This document shows positions 10,712 to 20,456 of a stretch of DNA of 64,000 nucleotides, piece after piece; position 1 is the first letter of the stretch, and every line of letters starts with the position of its first letter. The translations under genes and the position numbers were made by a program. The stretch lies in IMG/VR virus record IMGVR_UViG_3300024262_000020, positions 23,616-87,615 of that record; one strand, written 5' to 3'. The notes beneath the pieces were generated by a model. The model saw only the letters and a program-made list of their open reading frames with translations, searched no databases and was not told the DNA's origin. Source of the DNA: a virus.

Positions 10712-11365
10712 ATGGAAATAATAATTTCAGATTTAGTAAATGCAATAAATAATAGTTTTGATTCAACAAAAGTGATGTCTGTTGATTCAGTTTATGAAAA
10801 AATAGACAATTCAAATGAATTAAAATTAATTATATTTATGAATGGTGTGTTGTATAATGATATTAATATAATTTATACCAAATTAATTTTTATAGTAGAT
10901 GGTAGTAAATATAAATTAACAAAAAACTATTTTACATATTTATATGATATTAATTGTGAATATGTTAGAATTGATTTTGAAGATTTGGAAGATTTTAAGA
11001 CTAAAATAAAAGATATTTTCAAAAAGAATAAATTTGGTGATGATATAAAGGTTCTTTCTAAATTCATTAAATCCCCTGCGGTTTTAGTAAATGAATGGTT
11101 GAATGAAAATGATGTGACTGATATATCTGTGACAGGGTTTAAATATGAACCAAAAATTAAAATAATGCCTTGTAAATCTTTATTTTTTAGTTTTGGTATT
11201 AATTTGAGTAGTGATCAGTCAATTGAACTTGAAATTTCCAGAGAAAAACAGGATTTTTACATATTTAAATTTAAAATATTGGACAATTACGTTACGGTGG
11301 AACAGGAAAATTTGAATAATCTAGTAAGAGTTATAGGTGAAACGTTAAAAAATAAGATTAAGTAA
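10712..11365 (+). CDS. Hypothetical protein
   Basis: 217 aa ORF coupled to neighbours. Confidence 0.7.
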   Translation: MEIIISDLVNAINNSFDSTKVMSVDSVYEKIDNSNELKLIIFMNGVLYNDINIIYTKLIFIVDGSKYKLTKNYFTYLYDINCEYVRIDFEDLEDFKTKIKDIFKKNKFGDDIKVLSKFIKSPAVLVNEWLNENDVTDISVTGFKYEPKIKIMPCKSLFFSFGINLSSDQSIELEISREKQDFYIFKFKILDNYVTVEQENLNNLVRVIGETLKNKIK

Positions 11366-13440
11366 TGGCTGATAGAAAAAGAACAGAGAAAATTTTTGAA
11401 TATGTTGAATTAAATTTTAACAATTTAAGTCGTCAGGTTAATAATTGGTTATCATCTACTTATAATAAATCAGGTATATTATTTAATTCTGCATCACCTT
11501 ATGGTCAACTTTTAACCCAAATGAAAGAATTTTTCAGATTGAATATTCTTTATAATAAAAATATTATAAGACAATTTGACATAGAACAGTCAAAGACTAA
11601 ACGTATGATATTAAATATGGCTAGAATATCGGGTCATAATCCTTCAAGAGCAATATCAGCAAAAGGTTCTCTTAAGTTCAAATTGAAACAAGGAATAAAT
11701 ATACAACAAAAAATTCAAGGTAGTGCTGTTATTATATATAATGATACTACATTAAAGAATAAAACTAATACATTGTTTTATACGCTTAAGGTTGGATCTG
11801 ATCGAAATATTTATCCATTATCTCCAGGTTGTCAATTTTTCATTAATATAGTTCAAGGCAAATATGAAACACAACCATATACAGGAACAGGAGAAAAAAA
11901 TCAATCGATAGCGGTTATTGTTGATAATAATCAAACGATAGATAATTTTGATTATCAGGTGTTTGTCGATGGTGTCAATATGTCAATTAGAGATCATTTA
12001 TATGATATGTTAGAGGATGAAAATGCTTGTTTTACCCGCACTGGATTTGATGGTGGATTAGATGTTTATTTTGGTAATGGTGTCAATGGTATGATTCCAC
12101 CGTTAGGTTCAGTTATTGAAATTAAATATTTATTAACTGATGGTATTGCTGGTAATATTCCAAACCCAAAAGTAAATGATTTTGAGTTTGTTGGTGATAT
12201 GTATGATTCAGAAGGAAATATTTTAACCGCACAACAATTGTTTGATATTTTTGTTGAAAATGATATTACATTTGCATCTGATGGTGAAAGTTTAGAATAT
12301 ACAAAGAGTGTAATTCCTTATGTATCAAGAAATTTTGTATTGGCAACACCACAACAATTTATTTATCATCTGAAAAAATTAAATTTCTTTTCAAAGGTAA
12401 ATGCTTTTAATACATTAGATATGGTAGAAATCGATATTGATGCTGATGGTGATTTAGATCAAGTTAACATTAATGAAATGTATTTATTTTTAATACCAAG
12501 AATAACTAATTATTTTGTTGGTGATGTCAATTATTTTAATGTACCTTTTGATGCATTTTATTTGGATAATTATGAAAAAAATAGAGTAATAGAATATTTA
12601 AAGAAACAAGGCACAATTAGTATAACTGCTAAAATATCAATTTTAGATCCTTTAATTAGAATGTATGTTGCTAATGTGTATGTTAGACGATTTGATGATG
12701 AGCCAGAAGAAAATATTAGAGATCAGATAATCGATTATTTATCTAATTATTTTGCAGAAAATGATAGATATGACAGAATTGTTAAAGCTGATATTATAAG
12801 GGGATTGAAAGGTATTGATGGTATTGATTCTGTTAATATTGAATTTATAAGTAAAGCTAATGAAGATTATCATAGAGATGGTGCAATATTAAAGTCACAA
12901 AGAAGAGGTGTAATTGAAACTACTTATGCGACTAATACTAAAAGTGTTAAAGTTGAGTCAAGTAAAATTGCAAGGGGTACAGTTTCGATGAATTCTCCAC
13001 AAAAAACAGATACATCATTTAAAATTCGTGATGATAAATATAAAACTACAAAATTTGATAATAGACTTAGTTCAAGTGATAGTGATATTTCTTCACTAGG
13101 ACCTACAACTTTAGTTGATTATAAACAAACAAATTATAATGAAAATGAATTTTTAGGTATAGATCCTGTTTTGGGTGATATTATTATAAATAAACAAACT
13201 GATAGAAGAAAAAGTCAACTTGCAATACTTAGAGGTGGTTGGGCTGATAGAAATGGTATTTATTATTATGAAGATCCTAGGGTTTCTGATGGGTTTAGTA
13301 CTGTAAATATTATTTTTAAAGATAATGAGCCAGAGGTTACTAAAAGGACACAGATAAGTAATGAAACATCGACACAATCTAAATCAAATATTTCATCAAC
13401 AACAGTTTCTGTGAGAGCAAAAAATACTAATGCTAGTTAA
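11365..13440 (+). CDS. Baseplate wedge subunit (T4 gp6-like)
   Basis: ILNMARISGHNPSRAISAKG, VYFGNGVNGMIPPLGSVIEIKYLLTDG, DGESLE motifs. Confidence 0.75.
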   Translation: MADRKRTEKIFEYVELNFNNLSRQVNNWLSSTYNKSGILFNSASPYGQLLTQMKEFFRLNILYNKNIIRQFDIEQSKTKRMILNMARISGHNPSRAISAKGSLKFKLKQGINIQQKIQGSAVIIYNDTTLKNKTNTLFYTLKVGSDRNIYPLSPGCQFFINIVQGKYETQPYTGTGEKNQSIAVIVDNNQTIDNFDYQVFVDGVNMSIRDHLYDMLEDENACFTRTGFDGGLDVYFGNGVNGMIPPLGSVIEIKYLLTDGIAGNIPNPKVNDFEFVGDMYDSEGNILTAQQLFDIFVENDITFASDGESLEYTKSVIPYVSRNFVLATPQQFIYHLKKLNFFSKVNAFNTLDMVEIDIDADGDLDQVNINEMYLFLIPRITNYFVGDVNYFNVPFDAFYLDNYEKNRVIEYLKKQGTISITAKISILDPLIRMYVANVYVRRFDDEPEENIRDQIIDYLSNYFAENDRYDRIVKADIIRGLKGIDGIDSVNIEFISKANEDYHRDGAILKSQRRGVIETTYATNTKSVKVESSKIARGTVSMNSPQKTDTSFKIRDDKYKTTKFDNRLSSSDSDISSLGPTTLVDYKQTNYNENEFLGIDPVLGDIIINKQTDRRKSQLAILRGGWADRNGIYYYEDPRVSDGFSTVNIIFKDNEPEVTKRTQISNETSTQSKSNISSTTVSVRAKNTNAS

Positions 13441-13724
13441 AGACTAAAATCTATAAATAATTGTTCTTTATCTTTTATTACAAAGTTATGAATATAAAAT
13501 GCTAATTTTTTATAGTTCTTATATTCATAGATGTTATTTATTTTATATCTGCTTAAGAATTTTTCATCAATAGACATTTTGTAATTATCATTCTTATCAA
13601 ACCAGTAAATCATGTTAAATAATTCATCCTTTACTTTTAATGATAAGTCAATAGCAATACCATTATCTACTTTTCCAATGTAATTTACTACTGATATAAA
13701 GTTATCTAAATCTTGTTCTTCCAT
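13437..13724 (-). CDS. Hypothetical protein
   Basis: 95 aa ORF. Confidence 0.6.
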   Translation of the reverse strand: MEEQDLDNFISVVNYIGKVDNGIAIDLSLKVKDELFNMIYWFDKNDNYKMSIDEKFLSRYKINNIYEYKNYKKLAFYIHNFVIKDKEQLFIDFSL

Positions 13725-13740
13725 AGGGAAAGAGTTTTTT

Positions 13741-13749
13741 TAATATATA
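13741..13749 (+). promoter_or_regulatory. Putative phage late promoter TAATATATA (also + 30397, 35639, 49301, 49679, 51110, 52636, 54873, 62791; - 20856, 27896, 45047, 46175)
   Basis: Recurs just upstream of gene starts, including structural genes; analogous to T4 late TATAAATA. Confidence 0.6.
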
Positions 13750-13768
13750 TTATAAAAATAAGGTTTCT

Positions 13769-14137
13769 ATGGCATTAAATGATGTGAAGGATTTAGTCAT
13801 CAGGTATGATGGACATCCAAGATATGTAGTCAATAAAATTGTTGAAGATGATGAAGTTGAAGTTATTGTTCAAAAATTAGAAATGATTTTATTTACTAGT
13901 GAGAATGATGTCATAGGAGATGACGTTGGTATTGGTTTAGAATATTATTTGTGGCAAACCAGAGTTTCAGTTGTAACTATTGATTCGAAGATAAGAACAC
14001 AAATATCAAAATATATTCCAGAATTAGATCAATTAGGATATTCATTATCGATAGATATTTTTGAGGGTACATATAGAGATATAATGTATTTAAATTTTAT
14101 TATTAGAGGATATAATATCGACTTTATTTTTGAATAA
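13769..14137 (+). CDS. Baseplate gp25-like protein
   Basis: Size, ILFTS...GIGLEYYLW...IRTQISKYIPE pattern and position. Confidence 0.55.
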   Translation: MALNDVKDLVIRYDGHPRYVVNKIVEDDEVEVIVQKLEMILFTSENDVIGDDVGIGLEYYLWQTRVSVVTIDSKIRTQISKYIPELDQLGYSLSIDIFEGTYRDIMYLNFIIRGYNIDFIFE

Positions 14138-14149
14138 ATAAGAAATTTT

Positions 14150-16270
14150 ATGGAAAGACTTGAAGAATTTATATTAACAAGTGAAATAGTTAAGGATATT
14201 GAATATAGGGAGAATTTAGGTAAATTATTAAAGAGATATGAAAAACTTTGGTTTTCAAATCTTAAAGGAATTAAAAAAGCTGGATTGACTTTTGCCTTTA
14301 CTGATGATGAATTTGAAGAATATATTAAATGTAAACTGTCAGTTCATTACTTTGCCGAAAAATATTGTAAGATTAAACTTGAAGATGGTACTATTGGACA
14401 TATGACATTACGAGATTACCAAAGAAAGATAATTGATTTATATACAAAGAATAGATATTCAATTTTGATGGCTTCTAGACAGACAGGTAAAACTGTTTCA
14501 GCAGCAATCGTCATATTACATTTTGTGTTATTTAATGACGATAAAGGTGCTATGATTGTTGCAAATAAAGGTAACACAGTAAAAGAAATTGTAAGAAAAA
14601 TAAAAGATATTTATAGATTATTACCATTTTTCCTTAAAAAAGGTGTAGTAAATTGGAATGAAAAATCAATCGCTTTTGAAAATAATTCAAGAATCCAATC
14701 TGAAAATAGAACAAAAGAACCTGCTATTGGTTTTACTATTGATATGTTATATCTTGATGAGTTCGCCCATATTCCAGACAATTATGTGAGAGACTATTAT
14801 GGGGCAATTGTACCTGTTGTTTCTGCGATATCAAATTCAAAAATCATAATAACATCAACCCCTAACGGATATAATTTATTTCATGATTTATTAGTGGGTG
14901 CTGAAAAGGAGATTGATGATCCTTTGAAAAACCCATATACTGCTATGCGTGTATATTGGCATCAGGTTGATGGTAGACAAGATACTCAGATACAAATTAT
15001 GGCGAATAAACTTAAAAAATATAATTTTAGTAAATCTGGGGTATTAAGAGAATTAAGAGAACAAGGTTTAGGTTTTTATAAGAAAAAGAAAGGTGACGAT
15101 ATTATTGATTGTGTAAAATATGACCCTGATGACAAAGTGACATATATCGGAGAAATACGAAAAATGAGAGTGTCAGGTATACCATTACCTGAAATTGCAA
15201 TAATAACAAATTGGCAAGAAGAAGAAACAAAACTTATCGGTGGTGAAGAAAAATTTAAACAAGAATATGATCTTCATTTTATTACTGGTGATAAATTACT
15301 ATTTGATAGAATAACTATGGACTCTATTAAGAAGAAAGTCATACCTTTTTATTATACTCCAATACCTCATTTTGATAAAAAATTAATTATTCCTTATGAA
15401 TCATTAAAATGGGTTTCAAATAAACCAGAATTGTTTGATTTACAAAGAGTTAAAGATTATTATATAATGGCGGCTGTTGACTTAGCAGAAGGTTTAGCAC
15501 AGGATTATACTGTGTTGAATATTTTCAGATTATTGATGAAATCTAAAGAAGAGATAAAAAGAGATAGTGAGATGTTTGAAAATATTTATGATTTATTTAA
15601 ACTTGAACAAATAGGTATGTATAGAAATAACATATACTCTATTAAAGAGGTTGCTCATATTTTTTATTTACTTGGATTCGAGTTTTTTGATCCTGAAAGG
15701 TTTAAATCTGTATTAGAATATAATACTTATGGTGGTGAATTTTTATCACATTTACCAAATGTGTTTGAAGGTAATAACGAGTTTTTTAATGCAGTATTTT
15801 TAAGATATAAACATAGAAAAGAAGATAAGATGTCTAAAATAGGTATAAAACTTAGTCGTGATAAACATCTAATAGTTGATAAGGATTTTCAACAAGCGGT
15901 AAAAAAGAGAAAAATGGTAATACATAATGATATAAATATCACAGAAATATCAACATTTAGTAAACAAGTTACACCTGGTGGTAATGTTACATATAAAGCC
16001 GAAACTGGTAATGATGATTGTGTTATGACAAATGTTTTACTTTCGACAGTTTATGATAATCCAGGATTTAAAAATCTTGTTGATATGTATATATCTAGTG
16101 AATTGGATGGTGATGTTTTGCAATTTGTTGAGAAATTTGCAGAAGAAACGTCAGGTTCTGCACTTACAGGAAATTTTTCAGCAATGAGACAAAAGGTGTA
16201 TGGTAATAGTCCAAAAAATATATCACCATTTGTGAATAATGTTCCTATTAGAAGAAATCCTTTTGGTTAA
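14150..16270 (+). CDS. terL: Terminase large subunit (T4 gp17-like)
   Basis: LRDYQ, ASRQTGKT Walker A, LYLDEFAH Walker B, ITSTPNG, VDLAEG...DY and NDDCVM nuclease motifs. Confidence 0.93.
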   Translation: MERLEEFILTSEIVKDIEYRENLGKLLKRYEKLWFSNLKGIKKAGLTFAFTDDEFEEYIKCKLSVHYFAEKYCKIKLEDGTIGHMTLRDYQRKIIDLYTKNRYSILMASRQTGKTVSAAIVILHFVLFNDDKGAMIVANKGNTVKEIVRKIKDIYRLLPFFLKKGVVNWNEKSIAFENNSRIQSENRTKEPAIGFTIDMLYLDEFAHIPDNYVRDYYGAIVPVVSAISNSKIIITSTPNGYNLFHDLLVGAEKEIDDPLKNPYTAMRVYWHQVDGRQDTQIQIMANKLKKYNFSKSGVLRELREQGLGFYKKKKGDDIIDCVKYDPDDKVTYIGEIRKMRVSGIPLPEIAIITNWQEEETKLIGGEEKFKQEYDLHFITGDKLLFDRITMDSIKKKVIPFYYTPIPHFDKKLIIPYESLKWVSNKPELFDLQRVKDYYIMAAVDLAEGLAQDYTVLNIFRLLMKSKEEIKRDSEMFENIYDLFKLEQIGMYRNNIYSIKEVAHIFYLLGFEFFDPERFKSVLEYNTYGGEFLSHLPNVFEGNNEFFNAVFLRYKHRKEDKMSKIGIKLSRDKHLIVDKDFQQAVKKRKMVIHNDINITEISTFSKQVTPGGNVTYKAETGNDDCVMTNVLLSTVYDNPGFKNLVDMYISSELDGDVLQFVEKFAEETSGSALTGNFSAMRQKVYGNSPKNISPFVNNVPIRRNPFG

Positions 16271-16333
16271 AAACTTACATTATTTTAAAACTAATTGTAT
16301 TCAGTATGATATAAAATAAAAACAATTTACTGA

Positions 16334-17110
16334 ATGGCAAAAACTCAAGCAGTTAATCATTTGTTTTCTATGACAAATGAACAATTAAAAAACTTCCTAG
16401 ATAAAATAAAAGACTTGGTTAGTATTTCTGATGAAGTTTTATTAAAAGTTGATAACCACAATATATTAATGTATTCCTTAGTTGGTGAGAAGAAAAATGT
16501 AAACGCATTTAAATCCTTTATCGTAAAAACTGAAGATTTATTCACTTTTAAAGAAGAGTTGGTGAAACAAATGAAATATATCATACCGAATGGTAAAAAA
16601 TTTGATTCTAATATCAGAAATTTTCTCGATTATAATGAAATACTCAATTGTACTTTTTATATGAATGATGAGGAATATGCTGATAATCTACTGATTAAAA
16701 ATAAATTCTTACGACTAAATCAGATAGGTGGAGATCCAAGAGGTGCAACATTAGATATTGATATTGAACAAGTTAAAGACGCAATTGATAAAGATAAATC
16801 TGATTTTAAATTTTCTTTACCAAAAGATGTTTTTGAAAAAATTAAAAAAATGTCAAAAATTGAATTGGAGAATGATATTTTATATCTTAATATTAAAGAT
16901 CATATCTTAACTATTGCGGAAAACGCTTGGGAATTAACTGTGTGTGATACTGATCAAAAAGATTTGTCAATTACATTTCCTAAAAAATATTTTAATTCAT
17001 TACAAATCCCTAATGGTACAACTGAGGTTGAAGTTTTTGTATTTGATTCATTCTTATTAGTGGATAATGAGAATACAAGCCTTCTTGTGGCGTTGGAATT
17101 ATCAATTTAA
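16334..17110 (+). CDS. Sliding clamp-like protein (gp45-like)
   Basis: 258 aa two-repeat beta/alpha pattern; weak similarity by eye. Confidence 0.5.
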   Translation: MAKTQAVNHLFSMTNEQLKNFLDKIKDLVSISDEVLLKVDNHNILMYSLVGEKKNVNAFKSFIVKTEDLFTFKEELVKQMKYIIPNGKKFDSNIRNFLDYNEILNCTFYMNDEEYADNLLIKNKFLRLNQIGGDPRGATLDIDIEQVKDAIDKDKSDFKFSLPKDVFEKIKKMSKIELENDILYLNIKDHILTIAENAWELTVCDTDQKDLSITFPKKYFNSLQIPNGTTEVEVFVFDSFLLVDNENTSLLVALELSI

Positions 17111-17113
17111 ATG

Positions 17114-17185
17114 TGACGAGTACGGGATTCGAACCCGTATCTTCGGTTTTAGAGACCGACATTCTGACCATTGAACTAACAAGCC
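17114..17185 (-). tRNA. Amber suppressor tRNA, anticodon CUA (Trp-like body)
   Basis: Anticodon arm TCGGT-CTCTAAA-ACCGA; T arm ACGGG-TTCGAAT-CCCGT; acceptor GGCTTGT/ACTCGTC with two mismatches; A73. Confidence 0.8.
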
Positions 17186-17197
17186 ATTAGTCCTGTT

Positions 17198-17560
17198 TTA
17201 ACAGGACTTTTCTAATTCCTTTAATTTTGCTAATCGTGAAGCATCAACTACGATAACTTCATCAGTTTCTTTAATATATTTCAATCGATAAATCCACTCA
17301 CCTGGTTTGGTTTTTAAAATTGTATATTTTTCCATTTCTAAAATTTGGTCATAACCAACTTTAACCCCATCATATTCAGATTTATTTTCCGAATATTTGT
17401 TGATAACCGTTAGATAGTTTCCTATCAAATGACCTTCTTCAGGTAGAAGTGTTTTTAATGTGTGTGATTTTGCATTTTCTAAATCTTTACTTAAAGACCA
17501 GAATGTATCACATTTAAAATATACTTTATTATCTTTTAATACTTTACAAACTATGTCCAT
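17198..17560 (-). CDS. Hypothetical protein with RLAKLKEL tag
   Basis: 120 aa ORF behind a TATATTTG promoter. Confidence 0.65.
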   Translation of the reverse strand: MDIVCKVLKDNKVYFKCDTFWSLSKDLENAKSHTLKTLLPEEGHLIGNYLTVINKYSENKSEYDGVKVGYDQILEMEKYTILKTKPGEWIYRLKYIKETDEVIVVDASRLAKLKELEKSC

Positions 17561-17583
17561 ATTTTCAGTTTTTATTTATGTTG

Positions 17584-17591
17584 CAAATATA
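17584..17591 (-). promoter_or_regulatory. Bacteroidota-type -7 element TAnnTTTG (also - 22224, 23073, 28538, 30125, 32663, 62721; + 56264)
   Basis: Matches the established Bacteroidota sigma-A -7 consensus, each just upstream of a gene or RNA start. Confidence 0.7.
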
Positions 17592-17606
17592 CAATAATTT
17601 TTTAAA

Positions 17607-17718
17607 ATAAAAAGGGTGTGATAGAAATTTTTCAATTAATTGAGATTAACCTTTGCAACGAGGTATTTCTATCTGATACTTTATAGTATTATCTCATAAA
17701 CATTTTACACCCTTTTAT
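17607..17718. ncRNA. Candidate multi-stem RNA element
   Basis: AAAAGGGTGT/ACACCCTTTT closing stem, GATAGAAAT/ATTTCTATC stem, TGAGAT/ATCTCA cross-pairing. Confidence 0.35.
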
Positions 17719-17765
17719 AGTGTCCAGAGACTATAAACACTATTTATAGTCTCTGGACACTATAA
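17715..17765. repeat. Perfect 23-bp inverted repeat with 5-nt loop
   Basis: ttatagtgtccagagactataaa-cacta-tttatagtctctggacactataa. Confidence 0.9.
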
Positions 17766-17768
17766 CTA

Positions 17769-18230
17769 TTAAAAAGTGAAAAGTTCTTGTCTTTTCTGTC
17801 TTTCTTTGTAGTAATCACCTTTTTCAGTTTTATATTCCAAAAGTGCGTTTTCTGCTTCATCACGAAGTTTTAACCATTCTTTTCTTTTCTTTTGAATTTC
17901 TTCTTCTTTCAAAGATTTTCTGATTTGAACTTTTTCAATTGGTTCAAAAGTTTTATATAAAAGGTGTAAAAGTGAATTGACATTTCTTAATGTCATTTTC
18001 TTATTGACACCATTTAAATATTTATTAACTTTCTTTAATTGATTTTTTGAAAGATTGTGAGTTGAAATTGGCATATTTTTATATATGTTGATATCACCAA
18101 CAATTCTATAATCCATTATTCTCACCCAAGTTTCAATTTTTTCAAGTGTTTTGTTAATTTTTGCTTTTAATTCTGTTTCTGTATATACATATACATTTTC
18201 TGTGTTTTCTGTTCTTTCTAAAGTTTTCAT
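17769..18230 (-). CDS. Hypothetical protein
   Basis: 153 aa ORF. Confidence 0.7.
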   Translation of the reverse strand: MKTLERTENTENVYVYTETELKAKINKTLEKIETWVRIMDYRIVGDINIYKNMPISTHNLSKNQLKKVNKYLNGVNKKMTLRNVNSLLHLLYKTFEPIEKVQIRKSLKEEEIQKKRKEWLKLRDEAENALLEYKTEKGDYYKERQKRQELFTF

Positions 18231-18248
18231 GTTTTTTCTCCTTATTTT

Positions 18249-18515
18249 TTAAATGTTTTTTATTAAATCTAATTTTTCTTTTCTTAATTTTCTGACAACA
18301 TCTTCTACTGGTATTGATGCGTAATATTGATCAGAGTCACCACATCGATTATATGAGTAATATCTTAAATCAAATTCATCACCATCAAAGTCAACATCAG
18401 GATAATATCCACTTAGATCATCTCCGTATTTGTCACCATTTGTCATTTCTGCTAAGAAATCGATGAACCATTCATCTTCATTATCTACCCATTCATTCAT
18501 TTTATCTACTAACAT
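18249..18515 (-). CDS. Acidic hypothetical protein with RKEKLDLI tag
   Basis: 88 aa ORF. Confidence 0.65.
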   Translation of the reverse strand: MLVDKMNEWVDNEDEWFIDFLAEMTNGDKYGDDLSGYYPDVDFDGDEFDLRYYSYNRCGDSDQYYASIPVEDVVRKLRKEKLDLIKNI

Positions 18516-18571
18516 AATTTTTAATTTTTTTGTTTTATTTAAATAATTTTAATTCTCTGGCTAGATAATTT

Positions 18572-18616
18572 TTAAGGAGGTCTAACTGCCACCTATGTTT
18601 CTTCTAAATTTTTCAT
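18572..18616 (-). other. Mini-ORF MKNLEET-(TAG)-VAVRPP-TAA, candidate amber-readthrough leader
   Basis: ATG AAA AAT TTA GAA GAA ACA TAG GTG GCA GTT AGA CCT CCT TAA after an A-rich leader. Confidence 0.45.
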
Positions 18617-18653
18617 AAGTCTTTTTTATTTTTTGTTAATACTAATTAAATTG

Positions 18654-18821
18654 TGATCGTAGTAGGACTCGAACCTACACTCCATTCAACTATCTATTGA
18701 TATATTTTTTAAATCACTTGCAACTAATTTAAAATTTAATCAACTTGTCATCAAAAGGGAGAAATGCTCGTCAGCTTTCCCAAAGCAGTTATAAAACTGT
18801 GACACCTATCACTTTACGACC
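18654..18821 (-). ncRNA. tRNA-like RNA (acceptor stem + T arm enclosing ~135 nt)
   Basis: GGTCGTA/TACGATC-A acceptor; GTAGG-TTCGAGT-CCTAC T arm; no canonical D or anticodon arm found. Confidence 0.6.
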
Positions 18822-18826
18822 TTTTG

Positions 18827-19019
18827 TCAACCTGGTAGGGAATTGAACCCCCGACTCGATTCCTTTTTAGGCAATGCTTTAAATACTAAGCGACTTTATT
18901 TAACTCATACTTTTAAGAACCAATATCTAACACCGAAACATTTTAATTAATACTTAGGATTACTCCTACAAGCCGCTCAACTTGTATATTAATTTTTTTA
19001 ACTGTTCTGTTACAGGCTG
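18827..19019 (-). ncRNA. tRNA-like RNA with G3:U70 acceptor (tmRNA-like)
   Basis: CAGCCTG/CAGGTTG-A acceptor; GGGGG-TTCAATT-CCCTAC T arm; ~160 nt insert with hairpins. Confidence 0.5.
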
Positions 19020-19028
19020 TTATATTTT

Positions 19029-19445
19029 TTATCTTTCAAAGATTCCAATTACTTTATTTTTTGAGTAATCAATATCTTTTCGTTCTTTTTCTTGTTTGTT
19101 ATAATAACTTGGTAAAGAACTAAACCAATTTTTCTTTATTTTAAATCTTTCGTTTACTAATCCTTTATCAAATTCTGTATTTGTTCCCACATTTGTTGCG
19201 AATATACTATGCCAGTATAATTCATATGTTAATTGCCAAGGTTCAATTTCTTTAATTTCATATATTCTTGGTGTCCATATATCTTCTCCATCTTCATCAT
19301 ATTCTTCACCTTCTTCTACAAAAATGCCACCTTCTTCTATCATATTATAGTAGTACATTTTATTTTCATATTCACATATTCCACATATTGGACCATCCCA
19401 ATAATTGTTGTAGAATAATATTTTTACATTTTCTAATTTTTTCAT
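19029..19445 (-). CDS. Hypothetical protein
   Basis: 138 aa ORF, YWDGPICG motif. Confidence 0.7.
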   Translation of the reverse strand: MKKLENVKILFYNNYWDGPICGICEYENKMYYYNMIEEGGIFVEEGEEYDEDGEDIWTPRIYEIKEIEPWQLTYELYWHSIFATNVGTNTEFDKGLVNERFKIKKNWFSSLPSYYNKQEKERKDIDYSKNKVIGIFER

Positions 19446-19678
19446 AATTCTATTTCCATTATTTTTTCTTTTCTAATATTTTTTGTTGGGAAGTCATTGA
19501 TATAAACAAATCTTACAAATTGATCATCAACATGTTCACAACCTTTAATTAGTTTTGTTTCAACCATCATACAAGGGTATTCTTTTGGATTTATTTCACT
19601 TTCACTTTGAACATATATACCTTTTTTATGATGTTTATAGTTTTCCCAGTCTTTTGAACTTTTTAATAATTTTTTCAT
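19442..19678 (-). CDS. Hypothetical protein with RKEKIMEI tag
   Basis: ATGA-coupled ORF. Confidence 0.65.
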   Translation of the reverse strand: MKKLLKSSKDWENYKHHKKGIYVQSESEINPKEYPCMMVETKLIKGCEHVDDQFVRFVYINDFPTKNIRKEKIMEIEL

Positions 19679-19989
19679 TTGTCAATTTCATTTAATTTTG
19701 TTTTACGAACTAATTTTAATGCTTCTTTTAATTCTTTTTCCTCAGCACTTTTAATCCATTTTTCAACTAATTCATTTCTATATTTGATTGCTTTATCAAC
19801 ATATTCAGATAAATGTTCTTCACAAACAATATCTTGTAAATTTGATAATTGTGAGCCACCAACGAAAATCATATACTTATCATGATTAGTACAATCTTTC
19901 TTTGCACAAGTAGAGGTTCTTGACCAAGAGCCGTGTTGAATATGAACTCTGTTATTTTCGTAATATTTTCTTTTTGTTTCTTCAGTCAT
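19675..19989 (-). CDS. Hypothetical Cys/His protein with RKTKLNEI tag
   Basis: CAKKDC...CEEH possible zinc site. Confidence 0.65.
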   Translation of the reverse strand: MTEETKRKYYENNRVHIQHGSWSRTSTCAKKDCTNHDKYMIFVGGSQLSNLQDIVCEEHLSEYVDKAIKYRNELVEKWIKSAEEKELKEALKLVRKTKLNEIDK

Positions 19990-19991
19990 TT

Positions 19992-20456
19992 TTATATCCT
20001 TTCTAATTTTTCTAATTTTTCTTTTCTTAGATCTTTTAATTCTAAAATATCTGTGAGTAAGAAGTCGTAATATACATCATCATGTCCACTACATCCCCAG
20101 GCTTCGTGTACCCATACTCTAAGATATTCATATTTCTTTTGTTGATATCTGAAATATCTTTCTTTGAATTCAGGATCATATTCATATTCAACTTTCCAAT
20201 TATCAGCATTTATTCTAAAGTTTTTAATGTCATATTCATATTCATCTTCTGATATTTCGATCCATTCATATTCAATTGGTATATTTTTCATATCTTCATC
20301 ATAACATACTTCCACATCAGAAATTCTCCATATATGTCTATCGTATTTGTTTGAGATAGTATCTTCAAATAATGAAATTATTTCTTTCTTATTCTTAGAG
20401 TATAATTGTTTACTCTTAGTAAATTCTGTGAGAAGTTTTCTTGGAATTTTAGGCAT
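19992..20456 (-). CDS. Hypothetical protein with RKEKLEKL tag
   Basis: 154 aa ORF. Confidence 0.65.
   Translation of the reverse strand: MPKIPRKLLTEFTKSKQLYSKNKKEIISLFEDTISNKYDRHIWRISDVEVCYDEDMKNIPIEYEWIEISEDEYEYDIKNFRINADNWKVEYEYDPEFKERYFRYQQKKYEYLRVWVHEAWGCSGHDDVYYDFLLTDILELKDLRKEKLEKLERI

Noticed and set aside
17114-17185. Pyrrolysine tRNA
   Set aside because: Has a normal GG D loop, TTC T loop and 5-bp anticodon stem; no pyl genes in the window
17607-17718. SAM-I or other known riboswitch
   Set aside because: Could not match the conserved core nucleotides on either strand
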